This document shows, in pieces, positions 19,909-30,005 of a stretch of 64,000 nucleotides of DNA. Both the position numbers and the translations under genes were made by a program. The notes below the pieces were generated by a model. That model did no database searches. It saw only the letters and a list, made by a program, of their open reading frames with translations, and was not told the DNA's origin. The stretch is taken from the NCBI GenBank assembly GCA_044376115.1, contig JBILLK010000015.1, forward strand, positions 168,423-232,422. Direction: 5' to 3'. How positions within the stretch are numbered: the stretch's first letter is position 1; every line of letters begins with the position of its first letter. This DNA comes from Polyangiaceae bacterium. Lineage in GTDB: Bacteria > Myxococcota_A > Polyangia > Polyangiales > Polyangiaceae.

Positions 19909-22107
19909 CTAGCGGCCAGAGAATTCACGCATCTGTTTGCAGATAAAGTGGCCCCCTTCGAGCAACTTCAATTCGAAGTCGAGCGCTCGAGTCTTGTTAG
20001 GGTCCGCGGGAGCGTAGCGGCAATCATTCTCGTAATAGTCAGGGCGGGCACGACAATAGGCAATCTCCGCAGTGCGGGTGATCTCTACGAGCTCCCGCAA
20101 CGCCTTGTCCGATAGCACCGGCGCCTTGAGCGGCGGCTCCCCAGCGACGGGTGTTGCAAACCGTGTAACGGCGAAAGAAGGAGGGTCTCCAGGTTCATTG
20201 AAGGCTGCAATGACGTTCTCCGCCAAGGTGCCGGGCTCGGGATTGGTCACCAGCACGTTGCCCTTCTGGTTGGCCAACGTATAGCCGTAGACGTTCTGCG
20301 AGTTGATTACCCGGGTGACGACCACCGAGTTCGCCGCAACGGGCTCCTCCAGCTCGTAGTCAGCCACGATCGCGAAGGCCATCAGCGCACTGGAGTGATC
20401 CAACCTGGCGAAGGACCGCTCTTCGATCGCACGCTTGTTCCACACGCTGCCGAATACTGCCTTCATGGCGCAAGCGAGGGTCTTCGGCTTCACCTTCGAC
20501 TTGACGCCCTCCGACACAATCTTGCAAACGGCCTCCGAATCATCGGGCTTCTTGAGGTTGGCGGCAAAACTCGAGTAGAGGCCCGCTCCATCGAAGTTGG
20601 GCATGTCTTCGGCGTTGGCGCTCGAACGCACCTTGACCTTCGGAATACCCGGTAAAACCTCACCGATTCGCTTCTGGACCCGCTCGACCATACCCGGCGG
20701 AAAGCTTGACGAAAGGAACAGGTCTCGAACCTTCTCAGCGCGAGCTGAGAGCTCCTTCGGCGGTAGGTCACCTTGCTTTGCACCTTCAACGAGGACCTTG
20801 AGCGCAGCCCGCAGCTCCTGATTGGGCCCGTACTCAACGAAGTCCCGGTAGAATTTGAAGGGCACTCCGAGCCCTGCCGGGACCAGGTCATAGCCGTAAC
20901 GCGCACTCAAACTTTCAGCGTCGGTCGTCCGACCCAAGACCTCCCCGTTTGTAAGGAAGCCGAGGCTTGCGGCCTTGCCACCAACAACGGCCGTGAGACG
21001 AACACAATCTGCGGGGTCTTTGGGACACATGTCCGCGTACGAAGTGAGCTCGTCGGAGGGCGAGTACGGTAGCGCTAACCAGGGCCGCTCGTTGCGCTTG
21101 GCGTGAATCGCTCGGACCTGCTCTTCGCTGGCGGCTTCAAGTTTGAAGCCGTCCACCATGACGGTCAGATGAACCGGCTTGTCGACCCATTTGGACAGCT
21201 CTGCGTGCTCTGGCCCTGCACTGCGCAACACCATATTGGGTGTGCCGCGCTCCTTCGACTTGAGGTTCACGTGCGAGGTTGGATCTTGGTAGGCGTGGGA
21301 GATCGTCCCGGCGACCACCGAAAGGTCGAGAGGGAGTTCGTTGAAAACTGGGATGTCCAGCGGCGAAAGTGCGTCTAGGTCCTTGGGGAACATGCGCAAG
21401 AAGCCCCAAGCTTCGCCGCGATTGAGCGGAATGAAGTCGGTGGCACCGAGAACATCATCAAGCGACCGAAACGGAGCGCCTGCGCGCTCGAGTTCAGCCG
21501 CTACCTCGCCGCTCACGTGCTGTTGTAGGCCCGTAGCAACGAACACGAGCTTGGCTCCCGGGATACGAAACTGCGGCAACAAGGTTCGCACCGTTTCAGC
21601 GATCATCTCTTCGCGAGCGACGTCTTGGGGGAAGAACTGAACGCCGTAGAGCGGCTCGGGATTGCCGTTGACGTAGTAGGTTTGGATCGACCCGGCGACA
21701 TAACGCTTGTCTTGTACGTCGTAGGTCACCGCCCCGAACGACTTCAGCGTCTCAGAGAAATTGGAGAGCACCTGCTCGGCGAAGGGGAAGTGGTACTTGG
21801 CAGACTCCGGCCTTTCACCGCGCGAGTCGGTAAAATTTGAGTTCATGAAGTATACGGCTGGACGCTGCGGGTCGCGCCGGTCGATCAAGAACTTGAGCGT
21901 GCGGCCTGGGAGGAGGAGGCCGCCATCGCGATACGAAAACCTGTTGAAAGTCTCAAGACTATCGATGGCGCTGATTCCCAAGCCATTCGCCAGCACGCGA
22001 GGGGGATTCTGTCCCGTCAAATCCGGTGGAACCACCACCCGGTCCGTGGGCTTGCAAGCGAACGAAGCGAGGACCAACGCCACCCCGAGCGTGCGTGCGC
22101 GAAGCAT
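19909..22107 (-). CDS. Lipoprotein with PEP/pyruvate-binding (PPDK N-terminal ATP-grasp) domain
   Basis: VGGKAASLG, VRSSANAEDMPNFDGAGLYSS, LDFELK; SFAC lipobox after MLRARTLG (22107); no phospho-His swivel domain seen. Confidence 0.75.
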   Translation of the reverse strand: MLRARTLGVALVLASFACKPTDRVVVPPDLTGQNPPRVLANGLGISAIDSLETFNRFSYRDGGLLLPGRTLKFLIDRRDPQRPAVYFMNSNFTDSRGERPESAKYHFPFAEQVLSNFSETLKSFGAVTYDVQDKRYVAGSIQTYYVNGNPEPLYGVQFFPQDVAREEMIAETVRTLLPQFRIPGAKLVFVATGLQQHVSGEVAAELERAGAPFRSLDDVLGATDFIPLNRGEAWGFLRMFPKDLDALSPLDIPVFNELPLDLSVVAGTISHAYQDPTSHVNLKSKERGTPNMVLRSAGPEHAELSKWVDKPVHLTVMVDGFKLEAASEEQVRAIHAKRNERPWLALPYSPSDELTSYADMCPKDPADCVRLTAVVGGKAASLGFLTNGEVLGRTTDAESLSARYGYDLVPAGLGVPFKFYRDFVEYGPNQELRAALKVLVEGAKQGDLPPKELSARAEKVRDLFLSSSFPPGMVERVQKRIGEVLPGIPKVKVRSSANAEDMPNFDGAGLYSSFAANLKKPDDSEAVCKIVSEGVKSKVKPKTLACAMKAVFGSVWNKRAIEERSFARLDHSSALMAFAIVADYELEEPVAANSVVVTRVINSQNVYGYTLANQKGNVLVTNPEPGTLAENVIAAFNEPGDPPSFAVTRFATPVAGEPPLKAPVLSDKALRELVEITRTAEIAYCRARPDYYENDCRYAPADPNKTRALDFELKLLEGGHFICKQMREFSGR

Positions 22108-22112
22108 CTGAC

Positions 22113-22733
22113 TCACGAGTACCTCGTCATGATCAACCCGAACACAAACAGCGAGCCGCTCAGACACAGTCCAACCAAGAACACGAGATAGGCAACGCGA
22201 AGCAAGCGGAACTTGCCGAGCAACACGTGCCCGAGCGCGTGCATGTGTCGACTCAAGTGCTCGTACACGCGGTCATCATCGGTAAAGAGTTCCTTCATTC
22301 GCAGCACGAACTCCTCTTCCTCCAGGCGACCGAAGTTGCCAAAGAAGAGCAGGTTACCGCGCCCCAATTGCAGTGCGCCGGCGCCCAACTGGCTGGGCTT
22401 TTGTAGTTTCGGTCGCACCACCAACACCGCGAAGATGATCGACAAGAGCGCCGTCGCAGCAAGCGTGGCGCAAGGCAAGATCAACCACAACCTCGTGTGC
22501 AAAATAATGCTGCTCGACGCCAACATGATCGACATGATCAGCCCGTTGATCTGAATCATCATGTTGGCTTTGCTGTCGGCCAACGTCGTCAGGTTCATCT
22601 GTTCTTGGAGCAGCACGCGAAACGTGGTTTCAGCGCTGGGCTTACGCGTCTTGACCTTTGCTGGAACAGCTTCCGCCGCCATGGCTGTCGCGCTTTGTGC
22701 TCCTAGCTGTGGCTCAGCCGTACCTTCATCCAT
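22113..22733 (-). CDS. DUF5706 / Pycsar-effector-family membrane protein
   Basis: ETTFR...LADSKANMMIQINGLI, VVRP, NLLFFGNF, LGHVLLGKFRLLRVAY; three hydrophobic segments. Confidence 0.75.
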   Translation of the reverse strand: MDEGTAEPQLGAQSATAMAAEAVPAKVKTRKPSAETTFRVLLQEQMNLTTLADSKANMMIQINGLIMSIMLASSSIILHTRLWLILPCATLAATALLSIIFAVLVVRPKLQKPSQLGAGALQLGRGNLLFFGNFGRLEEEEFVLRMKELFTDDDRVYEHLSRHMHALGHVLLGKFRLLRVAYLVFLVGLCLSGSLFVFGLIMTRYS

Positions 22734-22880
22734 CGAGTCGACGAGAGTAGTCGGCCCTGGCGGCTATTGGAAATGACCCTGCAGCAAAAGGAGTGACGCT
22801 GGGTTGAGCTACTCGACGGCCACCCGCGGCTGCAAATCCTTTGTTGGCCTCTCGAGATCCCGAAGCGTTAGCATCGCGCG

Positions 22881-24269
22881 ATGTCTGAGAACGAGCCGAG
22901 CGTGGCACCCGAAGAAGGCAAGAAGAGCCCGATTGATCTGTTTCTATCGCTCTTTGCTGAAGTGCGGCCAGGGGAAGGGCTCACCGCCTTGGTGCTGCTT
23001 GCGGACGTGTTCCTCATGTTGGTGGCCTACTACCTGCTCAAGACCGTACGGGAGCCGCTGATTCTCGAGGGCGGTGGAGTCGAGCTCAAGAACTACGCCA
23101 CCTTCGTGCAGGCGCTTGTGCTGATGGGCTTTGTCCCTGCCTATGCGGCGCTGGTGAAGCGGCTGCCACGCATGACGTTGATCACGGTCACGCTGGTGTT
23201 CTTTGCCTCCAATCTAGTGCTGTTTTGGCTGCTCGCCTTACTCAAAGTTCCGTACGTCGGCTTCGCATTCTTCGTTTGGCTTGGTTGCTTCAGCCTATGC
23301 GTCATTGCGCAGTTCTGGTCGCTGGCGAACGACCTGTACACGCCAGACCAAGGCAAGCGGCTCTTTGCGATCATCGGGATTGGCTCTTCCGTAGGCGCCG
23401 TCGCTGGCTCCTATCTCGCAAAGTGGTTCGCGCAGAACTCGAACCCTGACGACAAGCTCAGCCCGCCCAACGTGAGCCCCTACGTCACGATGCTGATTTC
23501 GGCGGGCATCCTCATGGTCTGCTTGGCCCTCAGTTGGTTCGCCAACACGCGCGAAGGCAAGCGCAAAACCGTCACGGCAGCCCCTGAGCCGCCCATGGCC
23601 GGAAAGAACGGCTTCGCCCTGTTGTTCGAGGACAAGTACTTGCTCCTGATCGCTGCGTTGATCTTGCTGCTCAATGTGGTCAACAGCACAGGGGAAACCA
23701 TCTTTGACCTAACCATCCTGGAGGAGGCCAAGCGCAGCACTCCGAACTATGACAGCCTGGATGAAGGCGCTCAGAAGGCAGCGATCAAGGCCTTCGTTGG
23801 CCCTTTTCGCGCGGACTTCTTCTTCTGGACCAACTTGATTGGTGCCGTGACCCAGCTGTTCTTCGTCTCGCGCATCTTCAAGTATCTCGGTATCCGCGCA
23901 GCCTTGTTTTCATTGCCCCTGATTGGCTTGATTGCCTACGGCGGCATTGTGCTCTTCCCGGCGTTAGCGTTTGTTCGACTTGCCAAAATCGCTGAGAACG
24001 GCACCGACTACTCGCTCTACAACACCACCAAACAAGCGCTGTGGCTGCCCACTTCCCGTGAACAAAAGTACAACGCCAAGATGACGATCGACTCGTTCAT
24101 CGTACGCATTGGAGATCTGCTTTCGAGCGGCGCATCCCTCGGATTCATCGCGCTCGGGTTCGGCGTACGTACCTATGCGGCAGTAAACGTGGCCGTCGTC
24201 TTGGCTTGGGCCGTAGCCGCTTTCATCATTGGGCTCGAGAACAAGAGGCGGACAGAGCTTTCGGCCTAG
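22881..24269 (+). CDS. NTT/TLC (Npt1/Npt2-like) nucleotide translocase, MFS fold
   Basis: YYLLKTVREPLIL, QFWSLANDLY...QGKRLFAIIG, DYSLYNTTKQALWLP...KYNAK...IDSF; many TM helices. Confidence 0.85.
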   Translation: MSENEPSVAPEEGKKSPIDLFLSLFAEVRPGEGLTALVLLADVFLMLVAYYLLKTVREPLILEGGGVELKNYATFVQALVLMGFVPAYAALVKRLPRMTLITVTLVFFASNLVLFWLLALLKVPYVGFAFFVWLGCFSLCVIAQFWSLANDLYTPDQGKRLFAIIGIGSSVGAVAGSYLAKWFAQNSNPDDKLSPPNVSPYVTMLISAGILMVCLALSWFANTREGKRKTVTAAPEPPMAGKNGFALLFEDKYLLLIAALILLLNVVNSTGETIFDLTILEEAKRSTPNYDSLDEGAQKAAIKAFVGPFRADFFFWTNLIGAVTQLFFVSRIFKYLGIRAALFSLPLIGLIAYGGIVLFPALAFVRLAKIAENGTDYSLYNTTKQALWLPTSREQKYNAKMTIDSFIVRIGDLLSSGASLGFIALGFGVRTYAAVNVAVVLAWAVAAFIIGLENKRRTELSA

Positions 24270-24499
24270 CCTCCCCGCAGGAGGTTGAAGGCAAAACGAA
24301 GCGCCTCGACGTCGAGAGGCGCGGACAACGCCGTAAGCAATTCGACGGCCGTTGGGTGAGCGCGCTCTAAAGGCGCGGCCTCAGCTTCGGAGTTTGGCTT
24401 TGTCACGCATCGAAGACTTAGGACCTGCGCCTGGTCCTCAAGGGGCACTGGTCGCTGACCTGCAGCAACGGACAGTCGGCGCGCAAGCCTCTGCACAGC

Positions 24500-26176
24500 T
24501 TGGCGCCGTCGGTCTATATTCGTACCGTGACCGGCCTTTCCCTCGCGACCAGCCTTAGCCAACTATCACTTCTTATCGGCTTATCCGGTTGCATTTTACC
24601 GGAATATACCGCGGCTTCAGAAAACGCTGGGGGCGCCGGGGGCGCTGGCGCCAGCGGCGCCGCGGGCGCCAGCGGCGGCGCGGCGAGCGGCGGGAGTGGA
24701 ACCGGTGGAGGAACTGGCGGGGTTGGCGGCGCGGGGGCGGGCGGCGGAGCAGGCGGAGGATGCCCAGATACGACCTTCATTGGCCACTTCGGAGATGACG
24801 GTGCAGAGCTGCAGCTTTCGGCCCTGCCAGATGGCTCCTTCTCCGTTGTAACTGGCAATACAGTCGTTGCGGGGACCTTCAATCAGTCGTTCACGTTTGA
24901 CGACGTTTCGCTACCAGCCGCGCCCCAAGGAGCGGCTTCGCTGTTGATTGCTGCCTTTGACCGCAACGGCGCTGCGGTATGGCACTTACGCGTGGACGGG
25001 TCCTCGAATTTGCGACTCAACCGCGTGATTGGCCTATCTGACGGCGCACTGGTGCTTTTTCACGACGTTCCGACGAGCCCTGGGCAAGAATTGACCATTG
25101 AGGGACTCAAGCCATTCGTGATGGATGGCAACGAAGATGGCTTCGCGCTAAAGCTCGACCACAACGGCTCACCGCAGTGGGCCAAGCACCTCGCTGGGCC
25201 GGGCGCTGGGCTCTTTACTGGCGCCGTGGAAACGCCGGGAGGACTCATGGTCGTTGGCTCACTCCGCGGCGACGTAACGTTAGAGGGCGTACCTCGCCAC
25301 ACAGGCGCGAATTATGCACCATTCGCCGCACGGCTCGACGTAGCCGGCGCCCTCACGCACTATCAGGACTGGGAGCTCCCGGGGAGTGATGGGCTATTCA
25401 ACGATGTATTATTGAATAATAAAAAGCTGTACATTACGGGCGCCTACAAGGGCACGTTGCCGGTGGTTCCCATAGCGCCGGACGCAACTAGCAATTACAT
25501 CTCTGTGGTCCTCCGCTTTGACGTTCCACTCCAGCCCACAGGCGACCTGATCGGTCCCCAGACGACGGCTATCTTTCACCCAACGCGCGAGGTCTTCGGC
25601 ATGCGCCTAATCAAGGCAGAAGCTGGTGTTTTGGTTGCGGGCCGAGTTCATGGGGGGAGTGACGTTACGCCGCTATTGTTCGGCTTGCCCAATCAGATGA
25701 CCGCGCCGCTAACCACTGGCGCCTCCAGCTACCTGAGCCTCCTTGATGTGAGCGACGGCTCTTGGAAGCCCGTCTGGGGAAACACGGTCAACACGGTCAA
25801 CTCGGAGACCCACTTTCACCTATCGTCCTTTGCGCTCTTGCCCGAAGAACAAGGGGGCAGAATCCTGCTAGGACACGCCGTTGACGCTGAGAGCACCACC
25901 GTCGTCAATGCAACCGCCTTCGCGGCGCCTTCCTTGTTTTTGGGCCTCAACGCGACGCAGCCCAACGCCGGAATCCCGGTTAGCGCCGCACAAATCGATG
26001 CAGCCGGCGGGGGGCGGCCCTATATGCGACTCATCCCCACGGAGTGCGGCACTCTTTTGATAGGCAAGTACAACGGCACTCCAAACATCGCTGCACAAGT
26101 CCAGGAGGCGCCTGTGGTTGGCTATCGCAACGTCGTGGGCTTTTTGCCTGAAGGGGTTTCCTTCTCTCCCCTCTAA
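24500..26176 (+). CDS. Hypothetical lipoprotein with Gly-rich linker and beta-propeller-like repeats
   Basis: LSGC lipobox, poly-Gly/Ala linker, repeated D-x-x-G-x-x-x-W units; start uncertain (GTG 24527 possible). Confidence 0.65.
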   Translation: MAPSVYIRTVTGLSLATSLSQLSLLIGLSGCILPEYTAASENAGGAGGAGASGAAGASGGAASGGSGTGGGTGGVGGAGAGGGAGGGCPDTTFIGHFGDDGAELQLSALPDGSFSVVTGNTVVAGTFNQSFTFDDVSLPAAPQGAASLLIAAFDRNGAAVWHLRVDGSSNLRLNRVIGLSDGALVLFHDVPTSPGQELTIEGLKPFVMDGNEDGFALKLDHNGSPQWAKHLAGPGAGLFTGAVETPGGLMVVGSLRGDVTLEGVPRHTGANYAPFAARLDVAGALTHYQDWELPGSDGLFNDVLLNNKKLYITGAYKGTLPVVPIAPDATSNYISVVLRFDVPLQPTGDLIGPQTTAIFHPTREVFGMRLIKAEAGVLVAGRVHGGSDVTPLLFGLPNQMTAPLTTGASSYLSLLDVSDGSWKPVWGNTVNTVNSETHFHLSSFALLPEEQGGRILLGHAVDAESTTVVNATAFAAPSLFLGLNATQPNAGIPVSAAQIDAAGGGRPYMRLIPTECGTLLIGKYNGTPNIAAQVQEAPVVGYRNVVGFLPEGVSFSPL

Positions 26177-26237
26177 TGTTTTGATGGGAACTCATACCAG
26201 AGTTGACGCCAACCCTTACTCGACTAGGGTCACGTCC

Positions 26238-27470
26238 GTGAAGGCTCTTTACTGTCTTGCGCTCCCCACGCTCCTGGCCTGCGGGGGCGAGCCGTTTCAA
26301 TCATCGACGGGAGGCTCGGCGCAAACGGTCGCAGGCGGAAGCTCGCCGAATGGCGGAGCTGACCCCAGCGGCGGCGGCAACGCAGGCAGCACCCTCAACC
26401 TCGAGTTCGTCGGGAGTACGGGCGTACCCGTTGCAGGGGCCTACGTATTGGCCAGCGGCGCAGACGGCGAAAGCCGTTATCTGGCTGACACTGATGAGCA
26501 AGGCAAGGCCTCGGTCGAGGTGGTGGCCGGTGGCTGGCTCACAGTGGCCGTCGAGGACCCACGAGTTGCAATTAGCGTAATGGTCACTGAGGGCGTTACC
26601 GAGCTGCGCCTCGTGGACCCATCCGGCCAAGTGGGACGCAATGCTACGACTGCCCAGCTAACGGTTCTCGGCAATTGTGCTGATTGCGACCCCAGTGGAA
26701 CTACCTACGTTGGATCCTCATGCACCTTCGTCGACAACGTCCCCTACACTGGAGTCAACATCGAAGGCCAGTTTAACGCCTACCGTGGCTGCCCCGGCGA
26801 AAGCTCTTTTAGCGTGGTTGCGTTCTCACTGACCCAAGCCGGTGAGCTCGAATACTACGAGGAATCAGGCCAGGTTACGTTGGGAACAACCTCCGTTGAG
26901 CTCGGGTACTTTACGCCGGCTGAAGATGTGGCAGACGTGGGCCTTTTGCCAACGCAGCCTCTCGCTGAAAATGCGACCTTTCACGCATTCCTAAAGCGCG
27001 ACAATCTCTATCGCGGATTTTGGTCTAGCGACTTCGCGAGCCCCTTTGAGGTGCCGGCCTCATGGCTCGCGGGCTCAACAGTCGAATATGGCTACTCAGA
27101 CACTCTGGGCTTCGTTCTCGCGTTTGAACCGGTCGAGGCATTGACCTCCTTCAATCCGGGAGCCGTTGGTCGGCCGACGCAACCCAGCTTCGACAGCTCA
27201 ACAAGGACAATCTCGTTCGACGTGGGTCAACCCAAAGGGGATATGGTGCAGCTCCTGATCGACGATGGGCGGCTTCACTACTTGCTTGTTCCGCCGACCC
27301 TGTCCGAGGTGACGTTGCCGACCCTCCCTACCGAGTTCGTTGCTTGGTCAATCGACTCGGGGGACATCACCGTCGAGCATGTCGACGCCTTCGATGTGGA
27401 GGGCTACCCAGCACGGCTCGCTGGAGCCGTGTCGGCAGAGGTACGCGCCCGCCACCACCCCATCCCCTAA
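26238..27470 (+). CDS. Hypothetical lipoprotein
   Basis: GTG start, LLAC lipobox, Gly linker, carboxypeptidase-regulatory-like GVPVAGAYV...TDEQGKA segment. Confidence 0.65.
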   Translation: MKALYCLALPTLLACGGEPFQSSTGGSAQTVAGGSSPNGGADPSGGGNAGSTLNLEFVGSTGVPVAGAYVLASGADGESRYLADTDEQGKASVEVVAGGWLTVAVEDPRVAISVMVTEGVTELRLVDPSGQVGRNATTAQLTVLGNCADCDPSGTTYVGSSCTFVDNVPYTGVNIEGQFNAYRGCPGESSFSVVAFSLTQAGELEYYEESGQVTLGTTSVELGYFTPAEDVADVGLLPTQPLAENATFHAFLKRDNLYRGFWSSDFASPFEVPASWLAGSTVEYGYSDTLGFVLAFEPVEALTSFNPGAVGRPTQPSFDSSTRTISFDVGQPKGDMVQLLIDDGRLHYLLVPPTLSEVTLPTLPTEFVAWSIDSGDITVEHVDAFDVEGYPARLAGAVSAEVRARHHPIP

Positions 27471-27526
27471 GTCTCGATGCGGCGGGGTTGTTCACAGGCC
27501 AAGGCCCGTGTGACAATCGTGCACCA

Positions 27527-28933
27527 ATGCGGTGCCTCGTGCGTTTCAACCCGGTGTCTTCGAGCCTGCTTTTGGCCGTAATCGCGGTCGGCTCACAGCT
27601 CTGCTCTCCAACCGCAGCTTTGGCAGGTGAACAGCTCGACCTCACCTGGGCCGACTGCGTGGTTGCTCCCGCGGACGCGGATCGCGACGGCTTGGATGAC
27701 GCATGTGAGTTCGCCGTTGCAGCGGCCTTCGAGCCGGAAATGGTGTTCGGCCTGGAAGAAACCGCGACCGAGCGTATTCCTTTTTGGGCGGCTCGCCCCG
27801 ATGGCGAGTTCACCATGCGGATCTTCTACGCGCTCGCTTACCGCATCGACGCTGGAGACCCGACCTTTGGCGGAGTTTCAGCGCACGAGGGCGACTCCGA
27901 GTTCATCGTATTGCGCGTCCACTATGACGGCAACGGCCTATGGTCCCTCGTCGAAGGCTACCTCTCTGCCCATTACGGCACCGGATGCGACGCCGGCGAT
28001 TGGTTTACCAATAGCGAGTTTCAGTACGTTAATAGTGTATTTGGTCGTCCACTCGTATTCTCGGCCGAGGGCAAGCACGCTAACTATACCGACCTCGACC
28101 GCTGCGATTCGGGGGGGTGCTTCCAAGATCACTGCAGCGACGAAACTCGTGAACCGGTCGGCATCGAGCCCGACCGCGACCTTGGCCTTCAATCCACCCA
28201 GCTGATTGACGAGCACGTAGTTGATGGCAACTCCGAGTGGTTCTGGACCGATGTTATCTTCTGTGGCTGGCAGCTATCCCCCGGCGCCGATCGCTCCGAA
28301 TGCGTGCCAGTAGACAATAGCTATTCACGTCAGCTGACGAGCTTCGAGATGGATTACGGGCCAGTCACCGGCGAGGCTGCCCTGTGTGAGCCGTGCCAGG
28401 AGGACAGTGATTGTATGGATGGTGGGCTTTGCTTGGACGGCCTCTGCGGCCAGGCATGCGAGGCCGGCTCCTGCCCAGAACATGCCTATTGCGAGGGTGA
28501 AGGCGTTGGCCAGTGTCTACCCATAGCAGCCGACTGTGCCTGCTTTCTTGCGTGCCAAGAGCGCGCATGTGGAGATGATGGCTGCGGCAATTCCTGCGGA
28601 ACCTGTCCGAGCGGCGAGTCCTGTGACGTAACGGGCCAGTGCCAACCAGCAGGCACATGCGTGCCCGACTGCAGCGGACGCACCTGCGGTGATGATGACT
28701 GCAACGGCTCTTGCGGTAGCTGCAATGACGGTGAGACCTGCGACGCTAGCGGGCAATGTAGCGACTCCGGCTCGGGCGGGAGCGGTGGGGGCAACAGTGA
28801 TAGCGAGGAGAGCGGTGCCGGTTGTGAATGCCAAGTAGACCGTAGCAAGACTGGAAAGAACGGCTCGCTGCTCGCCTGCGCGCTCCTTGGCTTAGCAAAG
28901 GCACGTCGTCGCCGCCGTTACGTAACAGCGTGA
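27527..28933 (+). CDS. Secreted MYXO-CTERM protein with NPP1/Vps62-like domain and Cys-rich repeats
   Basis: Signal peptide; DADRDGLDD; HEGDSE...YLSAH...GKHANY; two CxxRxCGDDxCxxSCGxC repeats; C-terminal GCEC...LLGLAKARRRRR sorting signal. Confidence 0.65.
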   Translation: MRCLVRFNPVSSSLLLAVIAVGSQLCSPTAALAGEQLDLTWADCVVAPADADRDGLDDACEFAVAAAFEPEMVFGLEETATERIPFWAARPDGEFTMRIFYALAYRIDAGDPTFGGVSAHEGDSEFIVLRVHYDGNGLWSLVEGYLSAHYGTGCDAGDWFTNSEFQYVNSVFGRPLVFSAEGKHANYTDLDRCDSGGCFQDHCSDETREPVGIEPDRDLGLQSTQLIDEHVVDGNSEWFWTDVIFCGWQLSPGADRSECVPVDNSYSRQLTSFEMDYGPVTGEAALCEPCQEDSDCMDGGLCLDGLCGQACEAGSCPEHAYCEGEGVGQCLPIAADCACFLACQERACGDDGCGNSCGTCPSGESCDVTGQCQPAGTCVPDCSGRTCGDDDCNGSCGSCNDGETCDASGQCSDSGSGGSGGGNSDSEESGAGCECQVDRSKTGKNGSLLACALLGLAKARRRRRYVTA

Positions 28934-28947
28934 CTCACTTCTGAGCT

Positions 28948-28963
28948 TGGTATCCCTCGTGCA
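28948..28963 (+). promoter_or_regulatory. Putative sigma54 promoter
   Basis: TGGTATCCCTCGTGCA (GG-N10-GC), with 12 nt between the GC and ATG 28975. Confidence 0.5.
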
Positions 28964-28974
28964 AGTGTACTTGC

Positions 28975-29478
28975 ATGTGGAAAGTAATCCTCTTTGCTCA
29001 CGACTTCTCGGAATGCGCAGAGCGCGTTGAACCGGTGGTTATTCAACTCGCACGCACCCACTGTGCGCGTGTCGTCGTTTGCCACGTTACCCAGCTGACC
29101 AACGGACTTTCGCCGCAAACGATCATCTCGCCACCTGGAGAAGAAGCGCCGATCACCGTTGGCGAGTATACGATGCGCACAGGGCGGGAGCGCTTGGCGG
29201 CCATTGGCAAGCGCATCGCACATGACTGTGTCGAGGTAGAAACCGCGGTCATCCTCGACGAAATCCATACGGGCATTCTGCGCGCGGCCAAAGACTACCG
29301 CGCGGAGGTCATCGTCATGGGCACGCACGGGCGTACTGGCCTTTCGCACTGGTTGCTCGGTTCTGTAGCGGAAAAGGTCCTGCGCCAAGCCGAGGTGCCG
29401 GTGATCACGCTGCGTAGCCATGTTTCAACCCAAGCCCCCGCAGAGGAGCGCGTGCTTGACGATGAAATGAGCGGGTGA
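28975..29478 (+). CDS. Universal stress protein (UspA family)
   Basis: ILFAHDFSE, IVMGTHGRTGLSHWLLGSVAEKVLRQAEVPV. Confidence 0.92.
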   Translation: MWKVILFAHDFSECAERVEPVVIQLARTHCARVVVCHVTQLTNGLSPQTIISPPGEEAPITVGEYTMRTGRERLAAIGKRIAHDCVEVETAVILDEIHTGILRAAKDYRAEVIVMGTHGRTGLSHWLLGSVAEKVLRQAEVPVITLRSHVSTQAPAEERVLDDEMSG

Positions 29479-29490
29479 GGCGTCCTGAGG

Positions 29491-29565
29491 AATGAAACGA
29501 GAAACGTTTCATTGCGTTTCATCAAGCACCAAGACGGCGGATAGCCACCTGGCACACCTACTGCA
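29491..29565 (+). promoter_or_regulatory. Inverted-repeat enhancer plus sigma54 promoter of the sulfur operon
   Basis: Perfect IR AATGAAACG-N5-CGTTTCATT (29491-29513), an extra CGTTTCAT half-site, and TGGCACACCTACTGCA at 29550-29565. Confidence 0.65.
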
Positions 29566-29576
29566 GTAGCCCTTTC

Positions 29577-30005
29577 GTGAACCTCCAGTCATTCGACCTC
29601 CTACCTCCGCTCGTTGGTGGCGCTCTCATCGGAGCATCTGTGTCGCTAGTCCTTTGGGCCCACGGCCGCGTCGCCGGGATCTCCGGAATCTTCGGAGGGC
29701 TCTTGCGCCCCAACCCTTCGGAGGCAAGCTTTCGTGGCTGGTTTCTCGCAGGGCTGTTGCTGGCGGGGCTGATCGTTCGTGTGATCTGGCCACAAGCCTT
29801 CGCATCAACACAAAGCACTGGGCTAGCTACTGTGGTTGCAGCAGGGCTCTTGGTCGGCTTCGGTACCCAGCTGGGGAACGGCTGTACGAGCGGACACGGA
29901 GTTTGCGGCATCTCCAGGCTTTCGCCCCGCTCCCTAGTAGCAACCATCACCTTTATCGCAACTGGAGCGCTCACAGTGCTCTTGGTGCGGGGAGCCGCAT
30001 CATGA
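29577..30005 (+). CDS. YeeE/YedE family sulfur-compound transporter, N-half type
   Basis: GRVAGISGI and GNGCTSGHGVCGISRLSPRS. Confidence 0.88.
   Translation: MNLQSFDLLPPLVGGALIGASVSLVLWAHGRVAGISGIFGGLLRPNPSEASFRGWFLAGLLLAGLIVRVIWPQAFASTQSTGLATVVAAGLLVGFGTQLGNGCTSGHGVCGISRLSPRSLVATITFIATGALTVLLVRGAAS

Noticed and set aside
22113..22733. Complete Pycsar anti-phage system
   Set aside because: Only the effector-like membrane domain is present, with no adjacent pyrimidine cyclase.
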